Source of the DNA: Escherichia phage vB_EcoS_HSE2
Sequence record: MG252615.1
Strand: one strand, 5' to 3'
Length of the DNA stretch: 41,317 nucleotides
This document shows, one piece after another, positions 26,286-34,942 of this stretch. Made by a program: the position numbers and the translations under genes. Position 1 is the stretch's first letter, and each line of letters begins with the position of its first letter. The notes under the pieces are model-generated. The model ran no database searches. It was not told the origin of the DNA and worked only from the letters and a program-made list of their open reading frames with translations.

Positions 26286-26354
26286 TATGAACATCGCGGT
26301 GATAGCCGCAGCCGATACCCACAAAACAAAATAAAACATCACACTATTTGTCAT
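26283..26354 (-). CDS. Hydrophobic peptide (23 aa), third gene of lipoprotein cassette
   Basis: Verified by hand: MTNSVMFYFVLWVSAAAITAMFI; ATGA overlap with lipoprotein stop. Confidence 0.25.
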   Translation of the reverse strand: MTNSVMFYFVLWVSAAAITAMFI

Positions 26355-26695
26355 TTGCATTTCTCGTCGTATGTTTGTTGTAACTGCGACAGACGATTAC
26401 CGGCTGTCATCTCGTCCATAGAAGGCCCGGCGCCCGTGTCCATAAAGAACAGCGGAACAATCAGGAATGCGCCTGTAACACCGAGTACAACGTTAGTACC
26501 TATTTGCTTATTAACACGGTGCGTAGCGTTGGCTTGAGCTTGTTTTGTCGTGGCGATTCTCGATAGTAACTGATTACATGTTGCCGTTGTATCCCCTGCC
26601 TGATAAACCTGTAAAGCCGGGTCTGGCAACGACCTTACGCAACCACTCAAACAAACGGCTACAACACCCGCTACTGCTAATTTAATATATTTCAT
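26351..26695 (-). CDS. Lipoprotein (114 aa) in a moron cassette; candidate superinfection-exclusion / receptor-masking factor
   Basis: Signal peptide with lipobox L-S-G-C; opposite strand to flanking head genes; own promoter and terminator. Confidence 0.55.
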   Translation of the reverse strand: MKYIKLAVAGVVAVCLSGCVRSLPDPALQVYQAGDTTATCNQLLSRIATTKQAQANATHRVNKQIGTNVVLGVTGAFLIVPLFFMDTGAGPSMDEMTAGNRLSQLQQTYDEKCK

Positions 26696-26793
26696 AGTTC
26701 ACCATTACCCGTGTCAATTTCACCAATACCACTACAAGCCCAAAGAAACATCACCGCATCAACTGCAATTACTACTGAAATAACGACTAACAT
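26692..26793 (-). CDS. Small transmembrane peptide (33 aa), first gene of lipoprotein cassette
   Basis: Verified by hand: MLVVISVVIAVDAVMFLWACSGIGEIDTGNGEL; GAGGAGG Shine-Dalgarno; ATGA overlap. Confidence 0.3.
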   Translation of the reverse strand: MLVVISVVIAVDAVMFLWACSGIGEIDTGNGEL

Positions 26794-26820
26794 GACGGCC
26801 TCCTCGGTTCGATAGAATGA

Positions 26821-26849
26821 ATAGTACCCTATTATATTGGGGTGCGCAA
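26821..26849 (-). promoter_or_regulatory. Middle-class promoter driving the lipoprotein cassette
   Basis: Minus strand TTGCGC-ACCCCAATATAATAGGG-TACTAT; 30-nt core identical to the promoter at 35165..35193. Confidence 0.6.
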
Positions 26850-26915
26850 ACTATTTGTTTATGTATTCCAGTTATTCCACCAAATTGTAAATATTGGAAT
26901 AAACTATTCGAATAG

Positions 26916-26944
26916 TTGACTTTTCACCAAAAATGTGCTAAGCT
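26916..26944 (+). promoter_or_regulatory. Sigma70-type promoter preceded by 16-bp palindrome AACTATTCGAATAGTT
   Basis: TTGACT, 17 nt, TAAGCT; palindrome at 26902..26917. Confidence 0.45.
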
Positions 26945-27150
26945 CCACCTGAGCTTGTGAAGTATGAACAAGCGACCGCGGCGTGGCAGGTAACGGAGCC
27001 GGACGTTAAGTCCGAGTGTAGTTACGCTGACGCGTTCGGAAGGGCCATACTCTATTGCTTGTGTAAAAAGTAACTGGTTTACTGAGATTACGCCGTTTCT
27101 ATGTTTAAATGATAAGGACTAGCGCCCCGCTTTATGGCGGGGCTTTACTT
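26945..27150 (+). ncRNA. Candidate small RNA or structured leader (about 200 nt) between promoter and terminator-like hairpin
   Basis: No ORF longer than 9 codons; starts after the 26916..26944 promoter and ends at hairpin 27124..27143 plus U-rich tail. Confidence 0.3.
27121..27150 (+). terminator. Terminator-like hairpin just upstream of the spanin RBS
   Basis: Stem GCCCCGC/GCGGGGC, loop TTTATG, then TTTACTTAT. Confidence 0.45.
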
Positions 27151-27167
27151 ATCGAGAAAGGAGAAAC

Positions 27168-27554
27168 ATGAATCTTAAAGCAACTGTCGTAGCGGGAGCA
27201 TGTTTCATCATCCTGGCTTACGCACACGGCATCTACCAGTACCGCAGCGGCTGGAACGAAGGCCGGGCGAATCTCGTTTCGCAGCAACAGCAGGAAGCAC
27301 AGGCTGAGTTAGCGAAGAAAACACAACGGCAGCAGCAGGACGAATCAAAGGCCGCAGCCGCTGGCAACGAAGGCAAGACGAAATCAGAGGTGATTACCCG
27401 TGAAGTCGTTAAGTACATTAAAACACCTGGCCGTAGCGTGTGCACTTTTGACGATGCTCGCGTCCTGCTCAAGTCCCGCGCCGTCGCAAACGCCAATTCC
27501 ATCCCCGGATACGACGATGATGCAGCCGCCGTGCAAACTGGCGCCGCCAAGTAG
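27168..27554 (+). CDS. i-spanin (Rz-like)
   Basis: N-terminal TM segment followed by Gln/Ala-rich coiled-coil periplasmic region; embedded lipoprotein ORF in +1 frame. Confidence 0.6.
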   Translation: MNLKATVVAGACFIILAYAHGIYQYRSGWNEGRANLVSQQQQEAQAELAKKTQRQQQDESKAAAAGNEGKTKSEVITREVVKYIKTPGRSVCTFDDARVLLKSRAVANANSIPGYDDDAAAVQTGAAK

Positions 27555-27663
27555 CGACGCGGACGAGGATTTGGCTATCGACGTTCAGAACGCCGAATGT
27601 GTGCGGCAACTGAGGCTGAAAGTGTTCATGCTGCAGGATTACGTGAGGAATATTCTGGAATAG
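27400..27663 (+). CDS. o-spanin (Rz1-like outer-membrane lipoprotein), overlapping Rz
   Basis: Lipobox L-A-S-C followed by Pro-rich mature region; starts inside Rz in another frame and extends beyond its stop. Confidence 0.55.
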   Translation: MKSLSTLKHLAVACALLTMLASCSSPAPSQTPIPSPDTTMMQPPCKLAPPSSDADEDLAIDVQNAECVRQLRLKVFMLQDYVRNILE

Positions 27664-27742
27664 TTGCCTTGCATGTTGGAATAATTTATTCTTGACATGT
27701 AAATCCGGGTGGCCCGGGTTCCAACGTCCAGGGGACATACTG

Positions 27743-28369
27743 ATGAGCGAAGAAGTGAAAGACGAAACTATCGAACAACAAGAGACTAAGACCACGTTTA
27801 CCAAAGAAGAAGTTGACGCGCTGGTATCCGGTCTTAAAGCTAACAACGAGAAACTCTTGTCTGAAAAGAAAGCTGCTGCCGCTGCCGCTAAAGAAGCCGC
27901 AGATGCGAAGCTGAAAGCCGAACAGGAACGCGCAAAACAGAACGGCGAACTTGAGGCATTCGAGAAAACGTTGCGCAGTCAGTATGAGCCAGTACTCGCC
28001 GAGAAAGACGGTAAGATTAGCAAAATGGCTGAGCGTATCCTCGGCGCAGAACGTAAATCAGTTATCAGCCAGTTGTCTGGCATGTTGATTGATGAGAGCG
28101 CAGCAGATATCATCGCTATGATGGTCAAGACCGAATTTGACGGCGATGACGTTGTGACCAAGTTCACAGGTGCAGACGGTAATGTCATCACCACCGACGC
28201 AGAGCAATTTAAAAAGTATCTGCGTGAGCACAAAGCATTTTCGCATCTGATTAAAGCAGATGCAGCAACCGGCGGCGGGGCTTCCGGTAACAAGAATTCT
28301 ACTGGCGGGGCCGGTGGTGCGGACGTAATCCAGCAAAAACTTAACGCCAAATACGGCAAACGAGGATAA
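27743..28369 (+). CDS. Scaffolding protein
   Basis: Ala/Lys/Glu-rich helical protein immediately upstream of major capsid gene; AGGGGA Shine-Dalgarno. Confidence 0.55.
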   Translation: MSEEVKDETIEQQETKTTFTKEEVDALVSGLKANNEKLLSEKKAAAAAAKEAADAKLKAEQERAKQNGELEAFEKTLRSQYEPVLAEKDGKISKMAERILGAERKSVISQLSGMLIDESAADIIAMMVKTEFDGDDVVTKFTGADGNVITTDAEQFKKYLREHKAFSHLIKADAATGGGASGNKNSTGGAGGADVIQQKLNAKYGKRG

Positions 28370-28375
28370 CAGAAT

Positions 28376-29344
28376 ATGTCTCTGTCAGATATGAAGGTTT
28401 ATAACGACGACATCGTCGGTACTACTATCGAACTTCTTGGCCAGAAAACTGACCAGTTTAACGCAGCCTCCGGTGGTGCAATTGTACTGTCTACCGCTTC
28501 ATGGCGCGGTGACTTCTCCCGTGAGTCTTTCTTTAACCAGATTGCCTCCGCTAAACGCCGCGTCGACCGTTACGCCGCTATCGCGTCTCAGGCAGCTACC
28601 GCGCTGACTCAGGGCGAGCATGTAGGCGTTAAAGTCGCTGGCGGCTTCGGACCGGTACTGTTCGAGCCTGCGCAAATGACCTGGCTTAACGAAGACCCGG
28701 CAAGCGCGATTCGTGCTATTTCCGAAGGCTTCTCTGACGCGCTGTTAGCTGACCAGCTTAACACTGCTGTTGGTGCCGCTGTTGCCGCGGTCTCCGGTCA
28801 GACAGCACTGGTTAACGATGTATCTGCATCCGCAGGCCTGTCTCTGAACGTGTTGAACAACAGCCACGCTAAATTCGGCGACCAGTCTCAGTTGCTGATT
28901 ACCGACATCATGACCGGCGCTGCTTACCACACTCTGGTGGACAAAGCGCTGACCAACGCAAACCAGTTGTTCGTTGCCGGTAACGTTATGGTTGTTGATG
29001 TCCTCGGTAAGCGTTATGTAATCTCCGACATCCCTGCACTATACGAAGCTGGTACCCCGAACAAGACTAAGGTCCTGTCCGTAGTTGCAAACGGAATCAT
29101 CGTAGATAATGCTTCTGACATTATCAGCAACATTGACACCAGCAACGGTAACACCCGCATCCAGACCACCTGGCAGGCGGACTACAGCTTCGGCCTGAAA
29201 CTGAAAGGCTATAGCTGGGATGTTACCAACGGCGGTAAATCTCCGCTGGATGCAGAACTGTTCACTGCGTCCAACTGGGACAAAGCTGTTGCCGAGAACA
29301 AGCACACCCTCGGTACTCTGGCAATCGCCGACGCAGACCTGTAA
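28376..29344 (+). CDS. Major capsid protein
   Basis: 322-aa ORF between scaffold and a strong terminator; position and size fit an HK97-fold capsid. Confidence 0.7.
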   Translation: MSLSDMKVYNDDIVGTTIELLGQKTDQFNAASGGAIVLSTASWRGDFSRESFFNQIASAKRRVDRYAAIASQAATALTQGEHVGVKVAGGFGPVLFEPAQMTWLNEDPASAIRAISEGFSDALLADQLNTAVGAAVAAVSGQTALVNDVSASAGLSLNVLNNSHAKFGDQSQLLITDIMTGAAYHTLVDKALTNANQLFVAGNVMVVDVLGKRYVISDIPALYEAGTPNKTKVLSVVANGIIVDNASDIISNIDTSNGNTRIQTTWQADYSFGLKLKGYSWDVTNGGKSPLDAELFTASNWDKAVAENKHTLGTLAIADADL

Positions 29345-29363
29345 CACGGTTAGTAGTAAAAAC

Positions 29364-29386
29364 AAAGGGGCTTCGGCCCCTTTTTA
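29364..29386 (+). terminator. Rho-independent terminator (UUCG tetraloop hairpin)
   Basis: GGGGC-TTCG-GCCCC flanked by AAA/TTTTT. Confidence 0.7.
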
Positions 29387-29401
29387 CTAGGAGAAATTAA
29401 A

Positions 29402-29569
29402 GTGGAAATTAAATACGTACCAATGCCGATTACCGTTGAGCAGAAGCGAGAATATAACCGTCAGGGGTTCCGTGTGGTAGATGCTCGTTTCGCGCCAGAA
29501 GGTGCCGTGGTAGAATCGACTAAAGAAGAGACACCACGCCGCCAGCGCCGGGTTAAATCAGAGGAATAA
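29402..29569 (+). CDS. Hypothetical protein (55 aa, GTG start)
   Basis: AGGAGA 7 nt upstream of GTG; basic C-terminus. Confidence 0.35.
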   Translation: MEIKYVPMPITVEQKREYNRQGFRVVDARFAPEGAVVESTKEETPRRQRRVKSEE

Positions 29570-29572
29570 TTT

Positions 29573-30085
29573 ATGCCGCTAATCGTGGAAACGGGGGCAA
29601 TCGTCCCGAATGCCGACAGTTACGTTAGTCTGGCTGACGCCCGCGCGTTAGCGGCTAATTATGGCCTTGAGCTACCTGCGGATGGTACCGCCGCCGAAGT
29701 CGCCTTGCGCAACGGCGCAACTTATGTCGGGCTTGCGGAACCGCAGATGTGTGGTCGTCGTGTATCCGCCGAACAGTCTCTGGCATATCCTCGCACCGGG
29801 GTAACGTTAAACGGATTCCCGGTAGCGGATAATGTTATCCCGAAACAGGTAATTCTTGCGCAGGTAATCGCCTCCGCCACATATGGCGCGGGCACGGAAG
29901 TGCGGGCCAACTCTGACGGGCGTTCCGTGCAGACTGAGCGTGTTGAGGGCGCAGTAACAGTGACATACTTCAACAACGGCAGCAGTGGCGCTACAACCGC
30001 GATTACCGCTGCGGACGACGCCTTACGCCCGTTACTGTGTGGTGGTCTTAACAATGGCTTCTCATTTAATGTGTACCGGGGTTAA
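29573..30085 (+). CDS. Putative head-tail connector/adaptor protein
   Basis: Gene order after capsid; size 170 aa. Confidence 0.45.
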   Translation: MPLIVETGAIVPNADSYVSLADARALAANYGLELPADGTAAEVALRNGATYVGLAEPQMCGRRVSAEQSLAYPRTGVTLNGFPVADNVIPKQVILAQVIASATYGAGTEVRANSDGRSVQTERVEGAVTVTYFNNGSSGATTAITAADDALRPLLCGGLNNGFSFNVYRG

Positions 30086-30087
30086 AA

Positions 30088-30702
30088 ATGGCGAAGACTA
30101 AATCAGAGATGTTCACCCTCATCGGCGCGAATCTCCCCGATAACACCAACGGTGCCATCACACCCGCGAAGCTACGCGAGGTAATGACGCAGATGGCGGA
30201 CTCACCTATTTACGCCACTCCCGGTGTTAAAGAGGTTGAAGTTCTCCGCGCAGCGTCGACCGTGATACAAGTGCCCACCGCAACGAACACGGCGTTGCAG
30301 TTAACTTTTGGCTCCGCTCAGGGCAGCGCGTCTGACCCGGTAATGATTAATGCCGCGGGGCTGGTCACATTCAACGCCGCAGGTAACTACGCCGTTCGCA
30401 TCAAGTTACAGGCTGGTCGTACAGGGGCAAGTGGCACGTCCATACTGTTATCGCGCATTCTCCTTAACGGTGCTCAGTACGGCTCGCCCGCCGCCACGAA
30501 ACTGGTAAGCGCGGACACCACAATCCCGATTGAGTCCCGCGTAGTTATTAACCCCACCGCGGGCCAGACGTTTGCCGTTCAGATTATGCGAGATAGCGCC
30601 GGAAGCAACTTCGGAGGCGTATACCCGCAAGCGGCTACCGTAACCGCATGGGGTACAGCGCCGTCCGCATTACTGGTTATCTCTAGACTGGAGGCCGCCT
30701 GA
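30088..30702 (+). CDS. Hypothetical structural protein (204 aa)
   Basis: Gene order in head/neck module. Confidence 0.4.
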   Translation: MAKTKSEMFTLIGANLPDNTNGAITPAKLREVMTQMADSPIYATPGVKEVEVLRAASTVIQVPTATNTALQLTFGSAQGSASDPVMINAAGLVTFNAAGNYAVRIKLQAGRTGASGTSILLSRILLNGAQYGSPAATKLVSADTTIPIESRVVINPTAGQTFAVQIMRDSAGSNFGGVYPQAATVTAWGTAPSALLVISRLEAA

Positions 30703-31061
30703 TGAGCACCGCTTTCAGTAAACGTATGCAGGGCGTTGGTACACGCCTGTTAACCAAATTCGGTAGCACAGTATCTCTTGTTCGTGCTGGCTCTAAAGTG
30801 TGGGATGAAGTTCTCGGTGAGTACGTCTGGTCCGACGATGAAGTGCTGCCGTTGAAGGCCGTTCCGGTTCCGGTAAACGCTGGGCTGGTGAACGGTACGA
30901 CGATTCAGGCTGGTGACATGATTGTTAAAGCGGATTACAGCGTCGTTCCGAAGATGGAAGACAAGGTGCAATTCGGCGGCGAGCAATGGTCTGTTGTCGC
31001 CATTGAGAAGAAGATGGTTAACGATGATGTCGTGGCCTACTTTATCCAGGTGAGAAAATGA
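30702..31061 (+). CDS. Putative head-tail joining (head closure) protein
   Basis: Gene order and size (119 aa). Confidence 0.4.
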   Translation: MSTAFSKRMQGVGTRLLTKFGSTVSLVRAGSKVWDEVLGEYVWSDDEVLPLKAVPVPVNAGLVNGTTIQAGDMIVKADYSVVPKMEDKVQFGGEQWSVVAIEKKMVNDDVVAYFIQVRK

Positions 31062-31453
31062 GTTTCGCGCTTGATGTCTCTAAGTTCGTGGAAAAGGCGA
31101 AGAAGAATCCCGAGAAGGTGATGCGTCAGGTGTCTATCAAGCTGTTTTCCGCTATCATAAAGGCGAGTCCGGTGGATACAGGCCGCTTTCGTATGAACTG
31201 GATGGCATCTGGCGGTACTCCTGCTTCCTGGATTACGGACGCCACCGATAAATCAGGAAATACGGCAGCCGGAAACGCTACAAGTTTCGTGCTGAAAGCC
31301 GCTGACTGGCACGAGTTCACGCTGACAAATAATCTACCGTATGCGCAACGGCTGGAGTATGGTTGGTCGCAACAGGCCCCCGCCGGGGTTGTCAGGACTA
31401 ACGTGTCCCGCTTCCAGCAACTCATTAACGAAGAAGCCAACAAGGTGAAATGA
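31058..31453 (+). CDS. Neck/tail-completion protein (HK97 gp10-like)
   Basis: Motif PVDTGRFRMNW typical of this family. Confidence 0.5.
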   Translation: MSFALDVSKFVEKAKKNPEKVMRQVSIKLFSAIIKASPVDTGRFRMNWMASGGTPASWITDATDKSGNTAAGNATSFVLKAADWHEFTLTNNLPYAQRLEYGWSQQAPAGVVRTNVSRFQQLINEEANKVK

Positions 31454-31866
31454 TGGGCTACTTTGAGGACTTAACAAAAGCGTTCGATGTGCCGCTGGTA
31501 GCATTCGGGGCTGCAAACAGCATCAAGGTTGCGCTTGAAAACATCGACGCGCCGACGTCAACCGATACGCCGTATCTGGCAAGTTACATGTTGCTGGCAG
31601 ATACCGAGCAGGCGGATTTGTTCTTCACGGAACAACGCTCAGGTGTTTATCAGGTCGACATTAACTACGCATCGGTGAAAGGTAGCGCGCCAATCAATAA
31701 AATGGCAGACTTACTTAACACGGCGTTTAAAGCAGGTAAGTCATTTTCGCGTAACGACATCTGCGCCGAGGTTCAATCGGTTAGCCTGGGGCCGCTGATT
31801 GTAGAAAACGGATGGGCCAAACGACCATTGTCAATTAACTTTATTGCATTCACCAAGAGGCTGTGA
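31450..31866 (+). CDS. Putative tail terminator protein
   Basis: Gene order immediately upstream of major tail protein. Confidence 0.4.
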   Translation: MMGYFEDLTKAFDVPLVAFGAANSIKVALENIDAPTSTDTPYLASYMLLADTEQADLFFTEQRSGVYQVDINYASVKGSAPINKMADLLNTAFKAGKSFSRNDICAEVQSVSLGPLIVENGWAKRPLSINFIAFTKRL

Positions 31867-33035
31867 ATATGGCTACAACTCCTTTTAAGGGCGCGAATAC
31901 CGCGCAATTCTATGTGGCGGAAGTGACCCCCGGCGTAACACCAAGTAACCCGGTATGGTCGCCGCTGCGTAACACAGGCGGCGTTCCTGCCATCACCCGT
32001 GACACGCTGACCTCCAACGAACTGGACGGCAGCCGCGAAACTACATCCATCCGCACCGGTAACAAGCAGGTTAGCGGTGAATATGCTATTGAGCTTAGCT
32101 CGAAAAGCCAGGATGACTGGCTAGCCGGGGCTTTAGGCTCTACGTGGCAGGCTGGCGTATCTCTGTCAGGGCTATCGATTACCGTCGCACCGGCTGGCAA
32201 GACGTTCACACGCGCTACCGGCAGTTTTATCACTGACGGAGTTGGGGTAGGCGACCTGATTGCGTTTACCGACTTAACAGGCGATAACGCAAAACCATTT
32301 ATTGTTACTGCAGTAACGGATACGGTTGTTACTGGTGCAGGCATCCAACACACCCTGACCACCGGGACAAAAACTAGTAAGGCTAAAACTGGCGACACGT
32401 TGGAAACCGGTAACGCGTGTAAGACGTTCTCTATCCTTACCTGGTACAAAGGCCAGTGCGGCGGTACTGATGCGTACACGTTAACCAAAGGCGTGGAAGT
32501 TTCTGGTTTTACCATCGAACAGGCTGTTAACGCGATGGTAACTGGCAGCTTCCCATTCATCGGTCGCAGTCAGGAGATTCTCACCACGCCGCCGACCGGT
32601 TCCAACTTCTCATCTGTTACTTTTGGTGATGAGCCGTTCTCTTCGGTTGACGTTTCCGTATTCGATGGTTCTACACCGTTGCGTTGCGACAGCCTAACCA
32701 TCACCAACGACAACAGCGCGTCCGCACAGTTCGAACTCGGCAACACTAACGTTGCGTTTGTGGAGCGTAGCCGCGCAGCTAACACCTTTTCCATCTCCGG
32801 TAAGTTGTACGACATGGCGATGATTCAGAAGTTTATCAACGAGCAACAGGTTGAGATTAACTCTATTCTGGCGGGGGTAAACGGGGCTATGTCTTTCAGC
32901 CTGAAACGCGCAGAGCTTACGGCGGTTACGCCAGAAATATCTGGCCCGGAATCAATTACCCAAAGTATAGAAGGGCAGTCCACAGGCAACCAGTATCAGT
33001 CGTCTATCGTAATTCAACGTATTAGTTACGTATAA
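31863..33035 (+). CDS. Major tail (tube) protein
   Basis: 390-aa Thr/Gly/Ser-rich ORF followed by strong terminator; upstream of chaperone and tape-measure genes. Confidence 0.6.
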   Translation: MNMATTPFKGANTAQFYVAEVTPGVTPSNPVWSPLRNTGGVPAITRDTLTSNELDGSRETTSIRTGNKQVSGEYAIELSSKSQDDWLAGALGSTWQAGVSLSGLSITVAPAGKTFTRATGSFITDGVGVGDLIAFTDLTGDNAKPFIVTAVTDTVVTGAGIQHTLTTGTKTSKAKTGDTLETGNACKTFSILTWYKGQCGGTDAYTLTKGVEVSGFTIEQAVNAMVTGSFPFIGRSQEILTTPPTGSNFSSVTFGDEPFSSVDVSVFDGSTPLRCDSLTITNDNSASAQFELGNTNVAFVERSRAANTFSISGKLYDMAMIQKFINEQQVEINSILAGVNGAMSFSLKRAELTAVTPEISGPESITQSIEGQSTGNQYQSSIVIQRISYV

Positions 33036-33062
33036 AACTAAGGCCCCGAAAGGGGCCTTTTC
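33036..33062. terminator. Bidirectional terminator, near-identical to the one at 3361..3387
   Basis: AAGGCCCC-GAAA-GGGGCCTT plus T-run; A-rich upstream. Confidence 0.7.
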
Positions 33063-33293
33063 TCACTCATCAATGTTACTCCTGTATTCTCGTAACTTCT
33101 CCAGGCTTTCAATTGCTTCTGCTAAGTCGGTTCCAGTGTCCTTGTGCCCTCGAAGGCCCATACACAATAGCTTCTTCAATGCGTGCTGTAACGCAGGGTC
33201 GCGGATGTCGAAAGCACGTAGCACATCGTAAACGTCTACAGTCATAGTGCTGCCGTGAGTGTTTGTCATTGTGCGGTTGTATTTTGAAGTCAT
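33063..33293 (-). CDS. Hypothetical protein (76 aa), last gene of leftward cassette
   Basis: ORF track. Confidence 0.4.
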   Translation of the reverse strand: MTSKYNRTMTNTHGSTMTVDVYDVLRAFDIRDPALQHALKKLLCMGLRGHKDTGTDLAEAIESLEKLREYRSNIDE

Positions 33294-33306
33294 AAATCAC
33301 TTTTCC

Positions 33307-33777
33307 CTACTCATGGTTTTCATGGAAACCGTATTTACTCTCGGCGGCTTTACGCGCAGCAACCGCTACATCAAAATCGTCGTAAAGCCCTAAATGCACT
33401 TGTTTGTAGTTAACTTTTATAAACGCGCGCCACTTACCCGCGGCTTTGTGGAAACTTACGCCTGTAGCCCCGGATTTATTTATCTTTCGCATAGTTTTAT
33501 TTTTACTGTTCCCTGTATTGTCGGTGGCGCGTAGATTTTCTATTCTATTGTCTAGCCTGTTATGGTTTATGTGGTCTATTTGAGTTTTCCTGTCTAAGTT
33601 GCATTTATTATAAAGACACCATGCTATGCGGTGGACATACACTGTTTTACCACCCATACCGCAGCACAGATAACCTCTTACACCAACCGTACCAACCTCA
33701 GCACCAGTAGATAACCTGGTAACCCTCCCAGTCTCAGGGCAGTATTTAAATTGTTTTGAAACATCAAGATATTTCAT
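33307..33777 (-). CDS. HNH homing endonuclease with AP2 domain (paralog of 9184..9675)
   Basis: HNH motif IDHINHNRLDNRIEN; AP2-like GATGVSFHKAAGKWRAFIKV...AARKAAESKYGFHENHE. Confidence 0.75.
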   Translation of the reverse strand: MKYLDVSKQFKYCPETGRVTRLSTGAEVGTVGVRGYLCCGMGGKTVYVHRIAWCLYNKCNLDRKTQIDHINHNRLDNRIENLRATDNTGNSKNKTMRKINKSGATGVSFHKAAGKWRAFIKVNYKQVHLGLYDDFDVAVAARKAAESKYGFHENHE

Positions 33778-34904
33778 CTTAGCATCTCCGGTGAGATTGA
33801 AAGCCTACCTACTTCCCCGAACTCTGAACTATAGGTTATGACATTAGCGGACCTCTTAGACATCCACCCGCCGCGAGAAGCATATGCATCTTTCGCCGCG
33901 AGAGTGCGATGCTGCTCCACTACCATATTCCTACTTTCTACGATCTTTTGGTGGTGGAGATGCCCAACATGTGCATAACTGTACTCGCTTTCGCCGAATG
34001 CTTTTCTGAACTTAGCTATCATAATGGGTTCGACCACCTCAAACCGGCATTTATGCCCGTGTGTAAAGAACAGAGTCGTTTTGCCGTGTTGCACCATCTT
34101 GTAAACATCCGGCGACGTATCGACGAACACACGCGGCTCATTGTCATATAGCGTGCTGAACATCTCAGCTAACCAAATCATTCCGCTTTCGTCGTGGTTA
34201 CCTTGAACGATTAAAAGTTTTACTGTGTGATGCTTAACCAGCGCCATATCGACAACACGACGCACCATACGAATCATGTAGCGAACTAGTTTCTGATAGC
34301 GAGTATCGGCGTCTAACACATGACGCGACTCAGGGGTAACGGCATCAAGACTATCGAAGTGCGCGAAGTCTCCTAGCAGATTAATAACTCCTGTTCCCGC
34401 GTCCGGTGCTTTCTGAAACGCCGCGTCGAACCATCGAGAGAACAGGTCTTCTGCAATCTTCATGTCCCAGTCGTCGCCGCTCTCGTCTGCCCATGCAAGC
34501 ATACCGAGATGGAAATCAGACACAGTGTAAAGATTGAGAAGTTTATCGTCGCGTTTGGCGCGAGTCGCTTTAACAGGCGCAACAGGTGTAATCTCTGACT
34601 TCATGCCTTCAATTACGGCTTTCATCAACTCGACCTGACGTTCAGCATCGGTGTCAGTCTTAACCCATTGCAACTTAGTGTTGCCGAACTCGTCCACCAG
34701 GGACGACGTGCCTTTAATCTTGTAGCCGTCCGGCACAAGGTGACTAACGTCGCGCCCGTGGCCTACACCTTTCTTAGCCAGCTTCGCTTTACGGATACGA
34801 ATAACGCGGTCTGAGATGCCGTATTTACGGGCGATATCAATAATCTTCATCCCGGCGTTCAATTCTTCCTGTAACTGTTCGTCGGTTATTTTCTTCTGGG
34901 CCAT
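33774..34904 (-). CDS. Calcineurin-like metallophosphoesterase with N-terminal HTH domain
   Basis: Phosphoesterase motifs DFHLG, GDFAHFD, GNHDE, THGH, GHLHH in canonical order; N-terminal IIDIARKYGISDRVIRIRKAKL helix-turn-helix; GAGGAAG Shine-Dalgarno. Confidence 0.65.
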   Translation of the reverse strand: MAQKKITDEQLQEELNAGMKIIDIARKYGISDRVIRIRKAKLAKKGVGHGRDVSHLVPDGYKIKGTSSLVDEFGNTKLQWVKTDTDAERQVELMKAVIEGMKSEITPVAPVKATRAKRDDKLLNLYTVSDFHLGMLAWADESGDDWDMKIAEDLFSRWFDAAFQKAPDAGTGVINLLGDFAHFDSLDAVTPESRHVLDADTRYQKLVRYMIRMVRRVVDMALVKHHTVKLLIVQGNHDESGMIWLAEMFSTLYDNEPRVFVDTSPDVYKMVQHGKTTLFFTHGHKCRFEVVEPIMIAKFRKAFGESEYSYAHVGHLHHQKIVESRNMVVEQHRTLAAKDAYASRGGWMSKRSANVITYSSEFGEVGRLSISPEMLR

Positions 34905-34942
34905 GCTTACTTCCTCGTGTTTAGGATTTGTCTTATAGTAGC

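Noticed and set aside
26945-27120. tRNA gene in the ORF-free region upstream of the spanins
   Set aside because: No cloverleaf can be drawn: no 7-bp acceptor pairing and no GTTCRANYC T-loop in the right position; the GGTTCGAT at about 26805 is an isolated match
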